A stretch of DNA of 64,000 bases from Octopus vulgaris (taxonomy: Eukaryota), in assembly GCA_951406725.2 (NCBI GenBank), contig OX597822.1, positions 1,612,001-1,676,000 on the forward strand. The letters are read 5' to 3'. The translations under genes and the position numbers were made by a program. Within the stretch, counting starts at the first letter, position 1. Every line of letters starts with the position of its first letter. The notes under the pieces were generated by a model, which was given only the letters and a program-made list of their open reading frames with translations, ran no database searches and was not told where the DNA came from. Below, piece by piece: positions 11,666 to 25,755 of this stretch.

Positions 11666-11744
11666 TCGCTATGACGGATTATTGGGTTATTGGGATTTTG
11701 ATTACGCACCTTTACATTCTCCCACTTTCTCTTTTCCACACAAC

Positions 11745-11796
<52 letters not shown>

Positions 11797-11805
11797 GCAT
11801 ATATA

Positions 11806-11962
11806 TACTCTTTTACTCTTTGACTTGTTTCAGTCATCTGACTGCGGCCATGCTGGAGCATCGACTTTAGTCGAGCAAATCGATTCCAGGACCTATTCTT
11901 TGTAAGCCTAGTACTTATTCTATCGGTCCCTTTCCCCGAACCGCTAAGTTACAGGGGACGTT
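11806..11962 (-). mobile_element. OR-type SINE 3' half
   Basis: TACTCTTTTACTC..TTTCAGTCAT..GCGGCCATGCTGGAGCA..GAACCGCTAAGTTAC. Confidence 0.85.
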
Positions 11963-12354
11963 ATAAATATGCAATCATACATATGTACACATATTTATAT
12001 CCGCACACACACACACACATTTATATATACCCATACGCGCACAATTATATTCGTATACCCGACTAAATACGTGTGTGTGCGTGAGTGCGCATGTGTATGC
12101 CAGCGTGCGTTAAAGCATCAAGTGCTTTGGGGAGATTACATTATACAACGACGTATTTCTTTTCAAGGACGGTAAGTTATGAGTCGAGGAATATTTGGCT
12201 ACCATTTTTAGCAATCGGCATCATAGCTTCCTCTCCTCGCTCTACGTTCCTGTGGCTTGAGGGAGTTCCAAGCATAACAGTAGCCCCATTAATCTCGTCT
12301 GTCTGGGATAGCCTGACATATCTTCTCTCACTTTTAACTAAATAAAACTATTCA

Positions 12355-12387
<33 letters not shown>

Positions 12388-12662
12388 GTTATGTATATGT
12401 TGCAAAATTTGTGTGTGTGTGTATATATGTACATATCTGAGGTTATATATAATATATGTACGTATCTGAGTGTGTAAGGATGTGTGTATATCAGTTCTGT
12501 GTGTGTAATTGTATGCCTCTGTGGGCAAATGTGAATCTTAGTCATAGTGTCCTTGAGTGCGCTGACGTCAGAGCATATATTTGTGTGACACGCCTGAATA
12601 TATGTGTGTGGGACTTTTGTGGGAGTTTGTCGGCGCCTGATCAAGTATATTCGTGAATCCTG

Positions 12663-12719
<57 letters not shown>

Positions 12720-12789
12720 TTGTATCTATGCGCGTTTGCATGCGTAGAATGACTGCGTCTATTCATGTTCTTGTATTTGTTTTTGTATA

Positions 12790-12885
<96 letters not shown>

Positions 12886-13054
12886 TGTGTATCTGTACCG
12901 GTTCGTATACCTCAACGCTATGTATGTGGGTATCTGTACGTTGTTGCCTGTGGGTATGTGTATTTGTGATTGTTCAGCAGTTGTGTGAGCTTGTATTTGT
13001 GAGGGTATATTGTGTTTTCACCTGTTTATGAATTTCCGTGTTCACGCATATCTG

Positions 13055-13125
<71 letters not shown>
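12355..13125. repeat. Cluster of (TG)n microsatellites
   Basis: Tracts at ~12355-12382, 12661-12720, 12792-12878 and 13057-13122. Confidence 0.95.
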
Positions 13126-13126
<1 letters not shown>

Positions 13127-14196
13127 TACGTTTGTCTTTACGTTCGTGTCTGTATAAGTATACTTAAACATGTGCTTGTATCCTTACACATACCCTTCTG
13201 ATATATATATATATATATATATACCTATGTATGCACGCGAGTGTGTGTCTTTGTATATTTGTTCAGCTGTGTGTGAAATGCAAACAATACGTAATGTCCT
13301 CGAAACATAAACTAAGATCTATTTGATGTTTAAAAACGTTTATTTCTAACATTGGCACAGTGCCACACATCTGTACAGTCTATAGAATCGACTCATCCTC
13401 CTCACCATCTTCCTATAAGAACCATACTTATTTTATCAGTTCCGGTAAGATGAAAGACAAAGTTACTCCAAATGAGATTTCATCACAAAATCTAGAAGAA
13501 TGAAGCCCAATATTGATTTTTTTTTTTTGACGTTGGCAGAAGGCCACATATTTCGGGGTAAGGAAGGGTTTGGAGCTGTGTAACCGATTTAAAAGATTTT
13601 GGCACTCGAGTGGTACTTATATTATCGAACCCTAATGGATAAAAGAAGTTGACAATGTCGAAATGAGAATACAGGACATAAAGAGAGATAATAACACGAT
13701 GTAACTAAAACAATAAGATGTTCAAACCGCCGCTCAGCAGCAGGAGTTCAATTCTCTATCTAGAGTTCCGCAGCCCAGACACAGGGTCGGGGTTGCTGGT
13801 ATATGAGACTGGAATTTCTGGGATTGCAACAGTTACAAATATTATAAACTTTATTAAAAGCGATTTATAACATATAATTACTGAAGAATCCTTAATAATA
13901 ACCCTTGTTCTATTAACACGCTAAGAACTTTATTATACGACTGTAGTGTCTGTGGTAGAAATATATATACATATACATAGAAGCATATACATATGCGTGT
14001 GTGTGTATGTACATATATGCATATATATATATATATGTATATATATACATGTATATTTATGTATATATAAATATATATATATATGTATGTATGAATGTAT
14101 GAAAGAACTAGTTTATTTCAATATTGTAAAATTATAAAAATTGCAAATAATAAAACGTGAAAATCAGCCTAAGTTGGAATTCGATTGATTAATATA

Positions 14197-14217
14197 GCTG
14201 TATATATATAAGGCAGG

Positions 14218-14249
<32 letters not shown>

Positions 14250-14666
14250 ATGATTGTAGTTTATGCACATACACAAGTTAGCACACATGTCGCTCAAACT
14301 TTAGGAGGACATTCGTTACAATCCTAGCTGTATTTTCGTCAAATTATTTTCCCCCGAGGCATCCGCGAATAGCAGTAAATCATTTTAAGCCATAGCTTCT
14401 AAATTTTTACGGCAGCGAAACCTACCATTGTTTACAAAGCAATCATGAGTTAAGTCCCCTCCTAGCGATGGTGTAAAGAGAGGGATGGAGAGTGAGAGAT
14501 AGATAACAGGTTTTTAAAATTTCGTCTTTTTATTGTCAATAAAAGACAGACAGGTGTTGCTATGTATGTTTGTATGTATGTGTGAATGGCTTCAGTCACA
14601 CATACATACACACGAGCATGTATGCGTAGAAAACACATGTATGCAATGGTTGTGTGTGTATTGCCC

Positions 14667-14717
<51 letters not shown>

Positions 14718-14932
14718 TACGGGCAACATAAACGGTATTCTCCGTTTCTCCACAATTAATTTCCAAATAAGCGGAATCCGTTGCTCTACTCATCTATTTC
14801 TGTTACAAAACTTACTTCCGTGTGCCAATTTTGCTTCAATTGATGGTATTACTCGGGTACGAGGTGGTGGTGGGACAGTGGCAGGGGCAAAGGCATGCAA
14901 AAACATGTATGCAATAGGTGTATGTACGTATA

Positions 14933-14966
<34 letters not shown>

Positions 14967-15316
14967 GCCCATATATATATACTTAGTTGTGATCTGAACA
15001 TAACCACTTCTCACACAGTGGATCGGGGGCCCTTTTAGCCGTTCTATTTTCTTTGCTGGAAGGGTTCTCAACCCATGGGAAAAGTGGGGTCACATTAAAA
15101 AAAAACAAACAATCGATGAGTAGAAAAATCGATAAACCGATTCTTTATGGGATTTCCCAACCAAATTGTCTGCAAAATTGCAGCCAAAAGTTTACCAATT
15201 ACAACGGATTTCACTCAAATTTGACGTCGATGTTACTTAGTTTGCTTTGAAATAAGGAGCTTGATTAGCTTAATAATCCTAACTTATTACCGAGCAAAGC
15301 CGGGCTATAATGCTAG
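14197..15316 (+). mobile_element. Non-autonomous Helitron-like element with nested repeats
   Basis: The 3' end CCGAGCAAAGCCGGG hairpin followed by CTAG|T (15290-15317) is a typical Helitron terminus. The 5' CTGTATATATATAAGGC followed by (TG)n resembles a Helitron start, but pairing of the two ends is inferred. Confidence 0.55.
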
Positions 15317-15318
15317 TG

Positions 15319-15351
<33 letters not shown>

Positions 15352-15361
15352 TACATATATG

Positions 15362-15396
<35 letters not shown>

Positions 15397-15400
15397 TATA

Positions 15401-15442
<42 letters not shown>

Positions 15443-15450
15443 TCACATGC

Positions 15451-15487
<37 letters not shown>

Positions 15488-16111
15488 TTTATTTTATATT
15501 ATATATATATATATATATATATTTACATACATGCATTCAAAGATACATACGTCCAAATTAATAATGTAATAATGCATCTTAAAGCTCTATAAAAGGGAAT
15601 CAAGCATTTTTGGAGATGTGGGTCATAGAAAATACCCGGTTTCACTGCTCTGCAGAATCCCCTAATCACCGGGGTTTTTTTTTTTTTTGAAGACAGAAAA
15701 TAATTCAGGTAATCTACGCATCATTCATCCGCTCTGCGCATGTGTGCGGCAAAACAGGCACTAGTTGCTCTCTGTATGAGGTAGAAATAGCAATCAGTCC
15801 AAATTCATTTAATACGTACAGTAATCCAGTAATAATCCAATAGATGGCCTTGATATTTGAATTTCAATATTAAAATGGATCAAATCCAGATAATTTAAAG
15901 TATTTAGATAGAATTTCTCGTAAAATTCTTTCATCGTAAAGTATGTTAAGTAATTAGTTATACATAACCTATATTTAAAATTATGTTCGGGGTTATTAAT
16001 TACTAGGTTATTTCGAAATGGAACAACTGGTTCAATTCATTGGATGCCACGTGAGAAGAATAAGCTTTGAGCTGTTGGTGAGGACGGGATAATGAAAAGA
16101 AGTAAAAGAGC

Positions 16112-16165
<54 letters not shown>

Positions 16166-17488
16166 TTGGGAACCTTATGTACTATTTACAGAAAAGGCGT
16201 CACAGCAAGTGAGGCAGGAGGAAGAGGTCTACGTCCGTTGACCCTGTAAGTATGGCTTCGGAGAATGAAGAAGAAAGGGAAGAGGAGGAGGAGGAGGAGG
16301 AGATGAAGAAGAAGAAAAAGAAGAAGAACGGTGGTTGTTGTGATGATGATGATGAGGAGGAGGAGGAGGAGAAGAGGTAGGAGGGGAGGGGAGGGGAGGA
16401 GAGAATGAATAAACCTTCATACAACATGCCGGCAGAAAATGAATGAAAGCAATTCTGAAATCGGGAAAGTTCGGTTGCCGACAGAGGAGACTGTATAAGA
16501 AAGCTGAAGTTTAATCGTCATAAATATTCTATAATAAGATTAAACATGTAAATGTTTTGACATTGCGAGTCTAAGAGTGTCAGAGTAAACTTAAAGAATG
16601 ATTTAGGCGGTTGGCTGTCATGCTTTAAATAGTTTAAAACTTTGTAAGGCTTTTGAAGATCAAATATAAATGACTTGTGCATTTGGTGATACGGACGATG
16701 ATTGCTAGACTATAGAAGAAACAGTACCAAAAGAGAGACCAAGAAGATAATTCTATTGTGTAAAACAAGGAAACTGGACAAAGGAATTTGATTCATTGAG
16801 AATAGCTGAAATGCTGAACGTTGGTAGAACTAAAGGACAAACATGTAAGAGTGGATAATCTAAAGTAACTCTATTCAAATTCCAATATTAAAAGCTGAAA
16901 GTAAAAGTGAAGAGAGAGACATTTCTTCACGGCTACCGCTGACCACAACTCTAACCCTACTTCTAACCTTGATCCTATCCTTAACCCTGTCCAGGGAAGA
17001 TAAGAGGAAATACATCGGTAGTTTTGTCGATAAAGCAGATGGAAATATAAACATGGATTTCAGATATTGCACGAAGTTTGTATATAAAGAACGAAAGTAA
17101 TTTCAAAGAGGAAAGTAAAGCGATTTATTCGCCAGAAAGAGTAACAGAAATAGAAACAGAAGGAAAGTTATTATTGAAAGATACAGTTATAAAGAATGTA
17201 TATACATTACAAACCTTCTATCATATATATATATATGTATATATATATATGTATATATATGTATATATATATATATATATATATAACAGCTACACTAACT
17301 CCAAATATTAAATGCAATAGATAAGTCATAGTATACATATTGAGCATTGAAGGTTTTTAGTAGACAGAAATTTTTAAAGGACAATGACACAAAATAAACA
17401 GAAAAAGAGCATAGAACCATTTGTTATGTATGTATACATGTATGTATGTATGTATGTATGTATGTATGTATGTATGTATGTATGTATA

Positions 17489-17657
17489 GGGAGAGTTTAC
17501 GAAAAAACAAAAGAGAAGACCGGTGGTGTACAAAACAAACAGATGTATTAGTATAACGCTCAGGAATAGAAAAAGTCTTTTACGTTTCGAACCTATGCTC
17601 TTTTACAGAAATGGACACAGAAAAAACAAGGACAGAAAAAAATGTGTGTAGTGGCTG
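17489..17657 (-). mobile_element. Family C HHR-like repeat
   Basis: GGGAGAGTTTACGAAAAAACAAAAG..TACGTTTCGAACCTATGCTCTTTTACAG..GTGTAGTGGCT, abutting (TATG)n. Confidence 0.75.
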
Positions 17658-17709
17658 CATATATATAAGTATAAAGTATATATGTGGGTATACATGTATA
17701 TCTATGTGT

Positions 17710-17740
<31 letters not shown>

Positions 17741-18044
17741 TACACACACACACACACAAATGTATATATAGAGTGGGCAATCGAAAGAGAGGAGAACTCA
17801 ACACATTTAGAGGATCTATATGTATTATAACTATTTTAAGTAATGTAATATAGTATAATATAATATAATGTAATATATATGTGCATATATATGTGAGTGT
17901 GTCTGTATATTTATATGTGTGTGTGTATGTAGACGTATATGTATGTATGTATATATGTATGTATGTATGCATGTATGTATGTATGTATGAATGCCTACAT
18001 GTATATAACAGATTTACTCCGCTCCATTTTGAAACAGAAGTGTG

Positions 18045-18078
<34 letters not shown>

Positions 18079-18282
18079 CATGTGTGTGCGCGCGTGCGTG
18101 CATGCGTGTGTGTGTATGTACAATATCTATACAATATATGAGGATAGGATTGAGTGGTGATGGTTTATGTGTGTGCATGTATGTGTATTTGTGTGTATTC
18201 AGATAAGCTTTATAAGCACATTTAACATGGACTTGAAAAATTTCATAAATAAAAGATGATTTGAGACAGTTGGGCTCGGCCC

Positions 18283-18285
<3 letters not shown>

Positions 18286-18315
<30 letters not shown>

Positions 18316-18536
18316 TGTATGTATGTATTTGTATGTATGTATGTATGTATGTATGTATGTATGTATGTATGTATGTATGTATGTATGTATGTATGTATGT
18401 ATGTATGTATGTATGTATGTATGTATGTATGCATGTATGTATGTATGTATGTATGTATGTATGTATGTATGTATGTATGTATGTATGTATGTATGTATGT
18501 ATGTATGTATGTATGTGTTTATGTATATGTATGTAT
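18286..18536. repeat. (TATG)n microsatellite
   Basis: Directly visible. Confidence 0.97.
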
Positions 18537-18576
18537 GTATCTATGTGGGTGTATATATATATATGTGTGTGTGTAG

Positions 18577-18609
<33 letters not shown>

Positions 18610-19509
18610 TATTATATAAAATCTGCTATGTGTGTCTTCTAGGATGTCGGGTATCTTCCATCCGATTGCGCTCAAATTTGATATGCAGATACCGATGGTA
18701 TCAGGGCCTGTATAAGTCTTGAAAAAATTACAAAAATGTATTCCATATGAGAATGCGATCGATAAAGCCGTGGGAACGTGTATTTGTACGCGCAAGTACA
18801 TCAGCTGTTGCTATCGATACTACGTTTACACGAGGAAAATGCACGTGCATTTTGCACAAAAGAAAGCCGGCTGGATTGAAATAATGCCACAAAATGGATG
18901 GACCCTTATAGCCCTTCGGTGTTTTAAAAAAATCCCATTATATTTTTATAAGTAAATATTATTAGTAATTTTATTAAAAAATCGTTAAAGTATTCTGTGT
19001 CTTGCAGAGGTATAAGAAATTTATGGCACCTAAATTTTAACAACAAAATCGTATTTTGATCCACAAGGGTCATGTGGACCCCAGTTGAGAAACACTGAGT
19101 TAGATGAATACCTGTCTTCCCTGACATCGCGTATCATGCGTATGAAACAGTTTTAACTTCATTAGCAAACCCAAATGCATGCAAATTAATCGAGCAATGC
19201 TTAAGAAAAATAACAAACAAATTCTAGAGCAATTGTTTGTTCTTTGTATAAGTGCAATATCTGTCCAGTATGAAACAATACTATGAATGTATCAAACTGG
19301 CTTCGTGAAGTTTTGACAAGCGACGCTGAAAGCGATTTGAGTTTGAAATCACTGATTTTTATCTTACTATCGTTAAGCTCCTTATTCTCAAAGCATTCTT
19401 AAATAACAACGAAAACTCAACGAATCTGACGTTAATGTAATTATGCATGCAAGAAATCTTTCTTGGTTATTGATTAATATACATAGGTTTAAAAATAATT
19501 TCAAACTTT

Positions 19510-19700
19510 TGCCACAAGGGCAGCTTGGGATGAGTCGTTACATCGACTCCAGTATTCAACTGGTACTTAATTTATCGACCCAGAAAGGATGAAAGGCAAA
19601 GTCGACCTCAGTGGAACTTGAACTCAGAACGTAGCGACGGGCGAAATGCCGCTAAGCATTTCTTCCAGCGTGCTAACGATTCTGCCAGCTCTCTGCCTTT
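19510..19700 (-). mobile_element. OK-type SINE
   Basis: CTGGTACTTAATTTATCGACC..GGATGAAAGGCAAAGTCGAC..GCTAACGATTCTGCCAGCTC. Confidence 0.85.
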
Positions 19701-20483
19701 CTGAATTTAAAAATAGTAGAAACTGAATTATTTGATTTATACATGGCAGAAAATTGCGGGCAAAATTTTCTGAATCTATATCCTTCATAATTTGCAGAAA
19801 AAATTTCCTGCAATTAGAAGTAGCCTTTGGAGAGATGGCCTCACATTTGGTCACAAAATGATTCATAGAAATTTAATTATCGTTAGCTACGCCTCATACA
19901 AGATCTTGACATGATTCATTAGCAATTATATTGCTGAGATAATTTACTACAATTACAGCACCTCTCAGTAACTACATCAGTGGCAGTAATTATTTGTTGA
20001 ATATTATCGTCGAACTCATTCGTATCTTGCGCCGAAATATATCGAAACAACAATACTAAGTTTAAAAACACTCGTAGGATTTTGTGATTATTTTTTCATA
20101 AACGTGGGAAGGAAAATCCCGAAAAAGTCTCTCGGGAAATATTCTTCACATGCGTTTAAGATCATTTGGTCAATGCTAGAGATTACACCATCGTACTAGC
20201 ATTGTAGTAGCATGGAAACAGGGTATGAACTGATCTTTTTAATTGTTAAGAAATTTGTTGCAAAATTCTGAAGGGTAGAACGTAAGAGCTAAGCTATTAT
20301 GAACATTTAACATGTACCCTAGTACTTATTATTTAATTATGCGCTTCCTAACGGATATTCAATTCATAATTAGATAAGGTTGCAAGCTATATATGTTCCT
20401 TAGCTAAAATTTCTGGAATTTATCCGGTTTTTATAAAAGAAAAGTTATCTGTGCTACAAGATCACAAGTTTTCTTACACAAAC

Positions 20484-20525
<42 letters not shown>

Positions 20526-20542
20526 ATGTATATGTGTGTACT

Positions 20543-20583
20543 GTAAGTCCGCTGCCCTAACCACTGGGCCATTGCGCTTCCAC
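20543..20583 (-). mobile_element. Head of the SINE family seen at 34271-34641
   Basis: Reverse complement GTGGAAGCGCAATGGCCCAGTGGTTAGGGCAGCGGACT nearly matches 34271-34308. Confidence 0.75.
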
Positions 20584-20727
20584 ACATGTGTATATATGTG
20601 TGTGTGTGTGTTTGTGTGTTTGTGTGTGCGTGTGTGTGCGTGCCTGAGTGCGTGTGTTTGTGTGAGTGTGTTTGTGTGTGCGTGTGCGTGCGTGTGTGTG
20701 TGTTTGTGTGCGTGCATGTGTGTGTGT

Positions 20728-20762
<35 letters not shown>

Positions 20763-21102
20763 CGTGCGTGTGTGTGTGTTTGTGAGTGTGCGTGTGGGCG
20801 TGTGTGTGTGTGTGTGTGTATGTGTGCGTGCGTGTGTGTGTGTATGTGGCTTCTTTCAGTTTCTGTCTCTTAGTTCAACTCACAAAGCTATAGTTGGCTC
20901 AAAACTATATTAGATGACACAATTCAAAATGTCCTATTCGATTTCTTCAGAAATATCCCTACCAAATTAAGTTCCGAATAACTCAAATTCGAATTTTGTC
21001 ATTTCTGTAAGACACACATATGTATACACATATGTAAGACACACATATGTATACACACATATCTATGTACTTACGCAAGTCTATCTATCCATCCAACCAT
21101 CC

Positions 21103-21332
<230 letters not shown>

Positions 21333-22908
21333 ATATATATATATCTTTTTCTGATTGACTGTCTATTTGTTTGTATGTATGCATGTATGTACGTATGTAT
21401 GTGTTTATGTTTGTCTGCGTGCGTGTGAGTGTATATATAAAGAGACACAGATATTTGTGATTATAGTGTGTGATTATATGCACGTATTTGCGAGATCATT
21501 TATTTTTCTTTTAATTTCAGACTACCACAAGATGGCGCCATATCTTAATCACAATCTTCATTAATTCCATCACGGCTGCTATCTGTCATTACTTCATCGT
21601 GTTTACTTTGTACATCAATCATGGTCGACCTGTTTGTTCATCCGCTTGTGTGGGTTTAATAAATTTGATAGAGAGCAACCAATTTTTAACATAGAATATA
21701 TTGAGGTTATGGTTCTTCCTCTCTTTTTTTTTACTTCTACTGTAGCAGTATCACAGGCGCAGGCTTAGCTACGTGTCTTAAGACGTCGGCGTCGCAGCCT
21801 TGTGATTTCAGCTTCTGCGTTATTGAGTGGCGCCTTCGGCAAGTTACATCTACCATAGCACACTCCGAGCAGTACAAACCCACATACACATACACACGCA
21901 CACACACACAACACGCATAGATACGTACGAATGAGTGAACGAGCGAAAGAGAGTAGCAATCAGCTCATTTAGCTGGAGTTACATTTTATAACCATCTGAC
22001 AAAGTCTTCAGTTTTGTGGATGTCCCACGCACCGCGTCAAATGTTTCCCAGCATTCAATGAGTTAAACGTGTCGTATGCCCACAAAGCATTAAGTTTTGT
22101 GGGGCGGAATCGATCTGTTATTTCACACACACTCGTTCTTCCTCTCCCCCTAGTCCCTTGTGGGCAATAAAAAAATATATATAGGAAATCTGAGCTGCAC
22201 AATCAGGTTACCGATTTAGACTTTCACTTAATTCCGCGATATTTTCACCGTTTGAGTACACACTTAAGAAGTTTTATTTCTATTCGAAGTAAAGATCGAC
22301 ACAGATGCAAAGGAACAGGAACGAAGGGAGATGAGAAAAGAAAGAACAAAAAGTAAACAAAAGGCAAAGATGTTGTGGTGATGTAAAGCAGCGTAAGACG
22401 AAGGCGAAGGGGGGGATGCATCTCATATCCCAGAAAAAATGGGGTGCACAGTTTAGCCCCACGGTAATGATCGCGATGGCGCTGCCGCGGAGAATAGCCA
22501 GCGACAGTTGCTTCAGCAGCCACTCCATCTAGCGGAGCTCGCTTCTCCGACGGGACGTCGTTATCCCTGTTTTGCGGAGGAAATCGGACGAAATCCTAGA
22601 ACATTTGACGTTTCGACGGCAACCGCCACAAACTGATAGCGGTTGGCCAGGCTCCCGTATTTATTGACATTTCTCTCCTCTGCATTATGGGCGCCGACAC
22701 CAGAGTTTGTAGCAGATGCTGCGGTGGTACTCACAGGTCCTTTGGATTGAGCTTATACCTCTGTTTTCATACCTCCTTACAACATACATTCTACCACCAG
22801 TATCGATAGCTACTAGTATATTTCTCTAATGCGGAACTCTTCAATCGTCGCCTCTACCACCACAAATACTAGTACTTTCACTAGCACAGCAAAAAACTTT
22901 AAGATATA

Positions 22909-23096
22909 GGCGCAGACGTGGCTGCGTGGAAGACGCTTGCTTCCCGACCATGTGGTCCTCGGTTCAGTCCCACTGCGTGGAACCTTTTCAAGTGTATTCT
23001 ACTATTGTCTCGGGCCAAATAAAGCCATAAAGCCTTGTGAGTGGATTTGGTAGACAGAAACTGAAAGAAGCCAGTCGTATATATATATATATATAT

Positions 23097-23140
<44 letters not shown>

Positions 23141-23413
23141 AGAGTTTACGAAAAAAAACAAAAGACGAAGACAGGTGGTGTACAAAACAAACAGATGTAT
23201 TAGAATAACGCTCAGGAATAGAAAAAGTCTTTTACGTTTCGAGCCTACGCTCTTCTACAAAAAGGACACAGAAAAAACAAGGAGAGAAAAAATGTGTGTA
23301 GTGGTTACATATCTATGTGTATGTACCTTTGAGTCTTTGTTTGTCCCCACATCACCCCATCACCAATCGACAACCGGTGTTGGTGTATTTACGTCCCCAT
23401 AACGTAGCGGTTA
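22909..23413 (+). mobile_element. OR-type SINE interrupted at its internal (TA)n by a family C element
   Basis: The 5' half (22909-23079) and its continuation (23320-23413) flank the 23138-23308 insert. Confidence 0.8.
23138..23308 (-). mobile_element. Family C HHR-like repeat nested in a SINE microsatellite
   Basis: Near-identical to 7686-7836. Confidence 0.8.
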
Positions 23414-23504
23414 CCCTATGCCTGTCAACAGGACTCTGCACCATGTCACACAAGCAGGAGGACCCAGTAATGGCTGTCAGATAATTTCTGCGACCTTATC
23501 ACCC

Positions 23505-23746
23505 CTAACACCTTTGTTGCACCAAAGATGAAATGAAGGCAAAGATTATGGTAGCAATGACCAACTTAAACAAGGAGACTCTCCAGAAGAGATGCAGGAG
23601 ATTCCGAAGTCGTCTGGAGGCCGTGGGTGAAGCCAATGGAGATTTTATTGATACTTTTATATAATTTTGGTAAATATATATGTTAAAATGAGACGTCAGT
23701 GTTATTTTCAGCTTTGCGTAATTTAGACTACAATTTATTCACCGCT

Positions 23747-23752
<6 letters not shown>
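23505..23752 (+). mobile_element. 3' end of Tc1/mariner-superfamily (maT/DD37D-like) transposon
   Basis: Translates TKDEMKAKIMVAMTNLNKETLQKRCRRFRSRLEAVGEANGDFI and ends in TIR-like CAATTTATTCACCGCTCCCTA-TA. Confidence 0.8.
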
Positions 23753-23792
<40 letters not shown>

Positions 23793-23808
23793 TTATGTTT
23801 GTCTTTTT

Positions 23809-24222
23809 TACTCTTTTACTCTTTTACTTGTTTCAGTCATTTGACTGCGGCCATGCTGGAGCACCGCCTTTAATCGAGCAACTCGACCCCGGGACTTATT
23901 CGTTTGTAAGCCCAGTACTTATTCTATCGGTCTTTTTGCCGAACCGCTAAGTAACGGGGACATAAACACACCAGCATCGGTTGTCAAGCAATGCTAGGGG
24001 GACAAACACAGACACACAAACACATACACATACATACATATATATATATATACACACACACATGATGGGCTTCTTTCAGTTTCCGTCTACCAAATCCATT
24101 CACAAGGCTTTGGTCGGCCCAAGGCTATAGTAGAAGACACTTGTCCAAGGTGCCACGCAGTGGGACTGAACCCGGAACCATGTGGTCGGTAAACAAGTTA
24201 CTTACCACACAGCCACTCCTGC
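23809..24222 (-). mobile_element. OR-type SINE, near full length and well preserved
   Basis: Complete head (GCAGGAGTGGCTGTGTGGTAAG..GGTTCAGTCCC), CORE-like CTTGGACAAGT, internal microsatellite and (GTAAAAGA)n tail. Confidence 0.92.
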
Positions 24223-25130
24223 TATATATATATATATATATATAGATAGATATATGTATATATATTTACATATATGTGTGTATATGTATTTTTTAATCTA
24301 TCTGTCTATATACAAGAGCGTGTGTGTTTGCGTGTGCATGTGTATATGTGCCGTGTGTGTGCATGTGTGCGTGAGCGTGTGTGAGTGCGCGCGCGTGTGT
24401 GCGTGTGTATGTCTGAGTGAGGTGTATATTTATTCAGCTTTGTACAAAACCTTTTCAACGGTCGCCTTTATTTACGAAAACTTCCTCCAGTTACTGACAA
24501 ACATATAACTACCTATCTTTGTCCTGTTCACCTGTTATCGTGTCAAGTATTGTGTACAGCACCAAATTAGACACACACATACTACCATGCACGCATGCGA
24601 ATACACTGACGTTTGAAAATACATGCATAATTACACATACATACATTATTATATTCCGAGAATTACACACAACTATGCACTGTCACACGCAGTAATATAT
24701 AGGAAATTACAGATGCGTGGACACATTATACTTACACATACATTACTGAAATTCACACGCATGTATACACACGAACTGTCATCTGAATGTAAATGGTTTG
24801 AAAGTACTTGGAAAACGCGTGCACAGGTGTCGCCATATAAGTCCCTGCGCCTCAACCAAACTGAGTCACCTTGCACCCCGTTCCACTCCAAACTCTCACT
24901 GTTTTATATTTTCGATCTCTTACTTATATTATTCTCTATAAACACAATCCACCGTCCCCCACACTGCTTTTGTTTGCGTATTCGTCAGCGTCGTCTTTTG
25001 AAAACCTCTCGTACGACCCGTGCCGACAGAGCCGCCAATCACTTGTGCATGCACTCGGTTCTGGTGATTATGATGTCAATAAATGAATTCACGATACGGG
25101 GTTTTCCATGAGTCAGCGAGTCCGTCCACG

Positions 25131-25187
25131 TGTCGGATGCCGGATGCCGGATGCCGGATGTCGGATGCTAGATGCCGGATGTCGGAT
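25131..25187. repeat. 7-bp tandem repeat (TGCCGGA)x~8
   Basis: tgtcgga tgccgga tgccgga tgccgga tgtcgga tgctaga tgccgga tgtcgga. Confidence 0.9.
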
Positions 25188-25299
25188 TTCAAGTAGCACT
25201 TGAAGGGCTACTTCTCATTATCTGCACCTACTGACCCACTAACGTCTGCCGAATTTGAACTGTGCCTTATGATGTTTGTAGTTGCAGTTGTTATTGTTT

Positions 25300-25686
25300 C
25301 TGATGATGGTGATGATGATGGTGATGATGGTGATGATGATGATGATGGTGATGATGATGACGACGAACGAAGACGACGATGATGATGATGATGATAACGA
25401 CGACGACGACGACGAAACGGTGATGACCATAACGAAGACGACGATGATGATGGTGATGATAGCATGTTGATGAATGACAATGATGATGATGATGACGATG
25501 ATGTGATCATGATAATAATCAACAAAGTCGTTTTCTTCTTCTTCTTCGCCTTCCTCTTCCTCCTCCCCTCTTCCTCCTTCCCCTCATCTTCTTTTACTAG
25601 AATTACTACCACCACCACTACTATTGCTGCAGCTGCAACCACCCCCACCGCCGCCGCCGCCACCTCCACTCCTCCTCCTCCTCCTC

Positions 25687-25744
<58 letters not shown>

Positions 25745-25755
25745 CACCACTACTT
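25300..25755. repeat. Compound triplet microsatellites (GAT/GAC/TTC/CCT/ACT/ACC)
   Basis: Directly visible. Confidence 0.9.

Noticed and set aside
13755-13812. GC-rich hairpin with GGAA-CTCTAG on the minus strand
   Set aside because: The hammerhead core is unrecognisable; too degenerate to call.
16490-16790. Possible ancient Dong/R4 relic
   Set aside because: Only vague motif resemblance; cannot be supported without a profile search.
16940-16990. Degenerate CCCTAA-like run
   Set aside because: It is short and irregular with no definable TIR or TSD; not a telomere.
22245-22528. ORFs in the CpG-rich island
   Set aside because: Short, with no recognisable domain and no consistent splice framework.
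25131-25187. Regular short repeat considered as CRISPR-like
   Set aside because: It is a 7-bp tandem unit without spacers, in a eukaryotic context.
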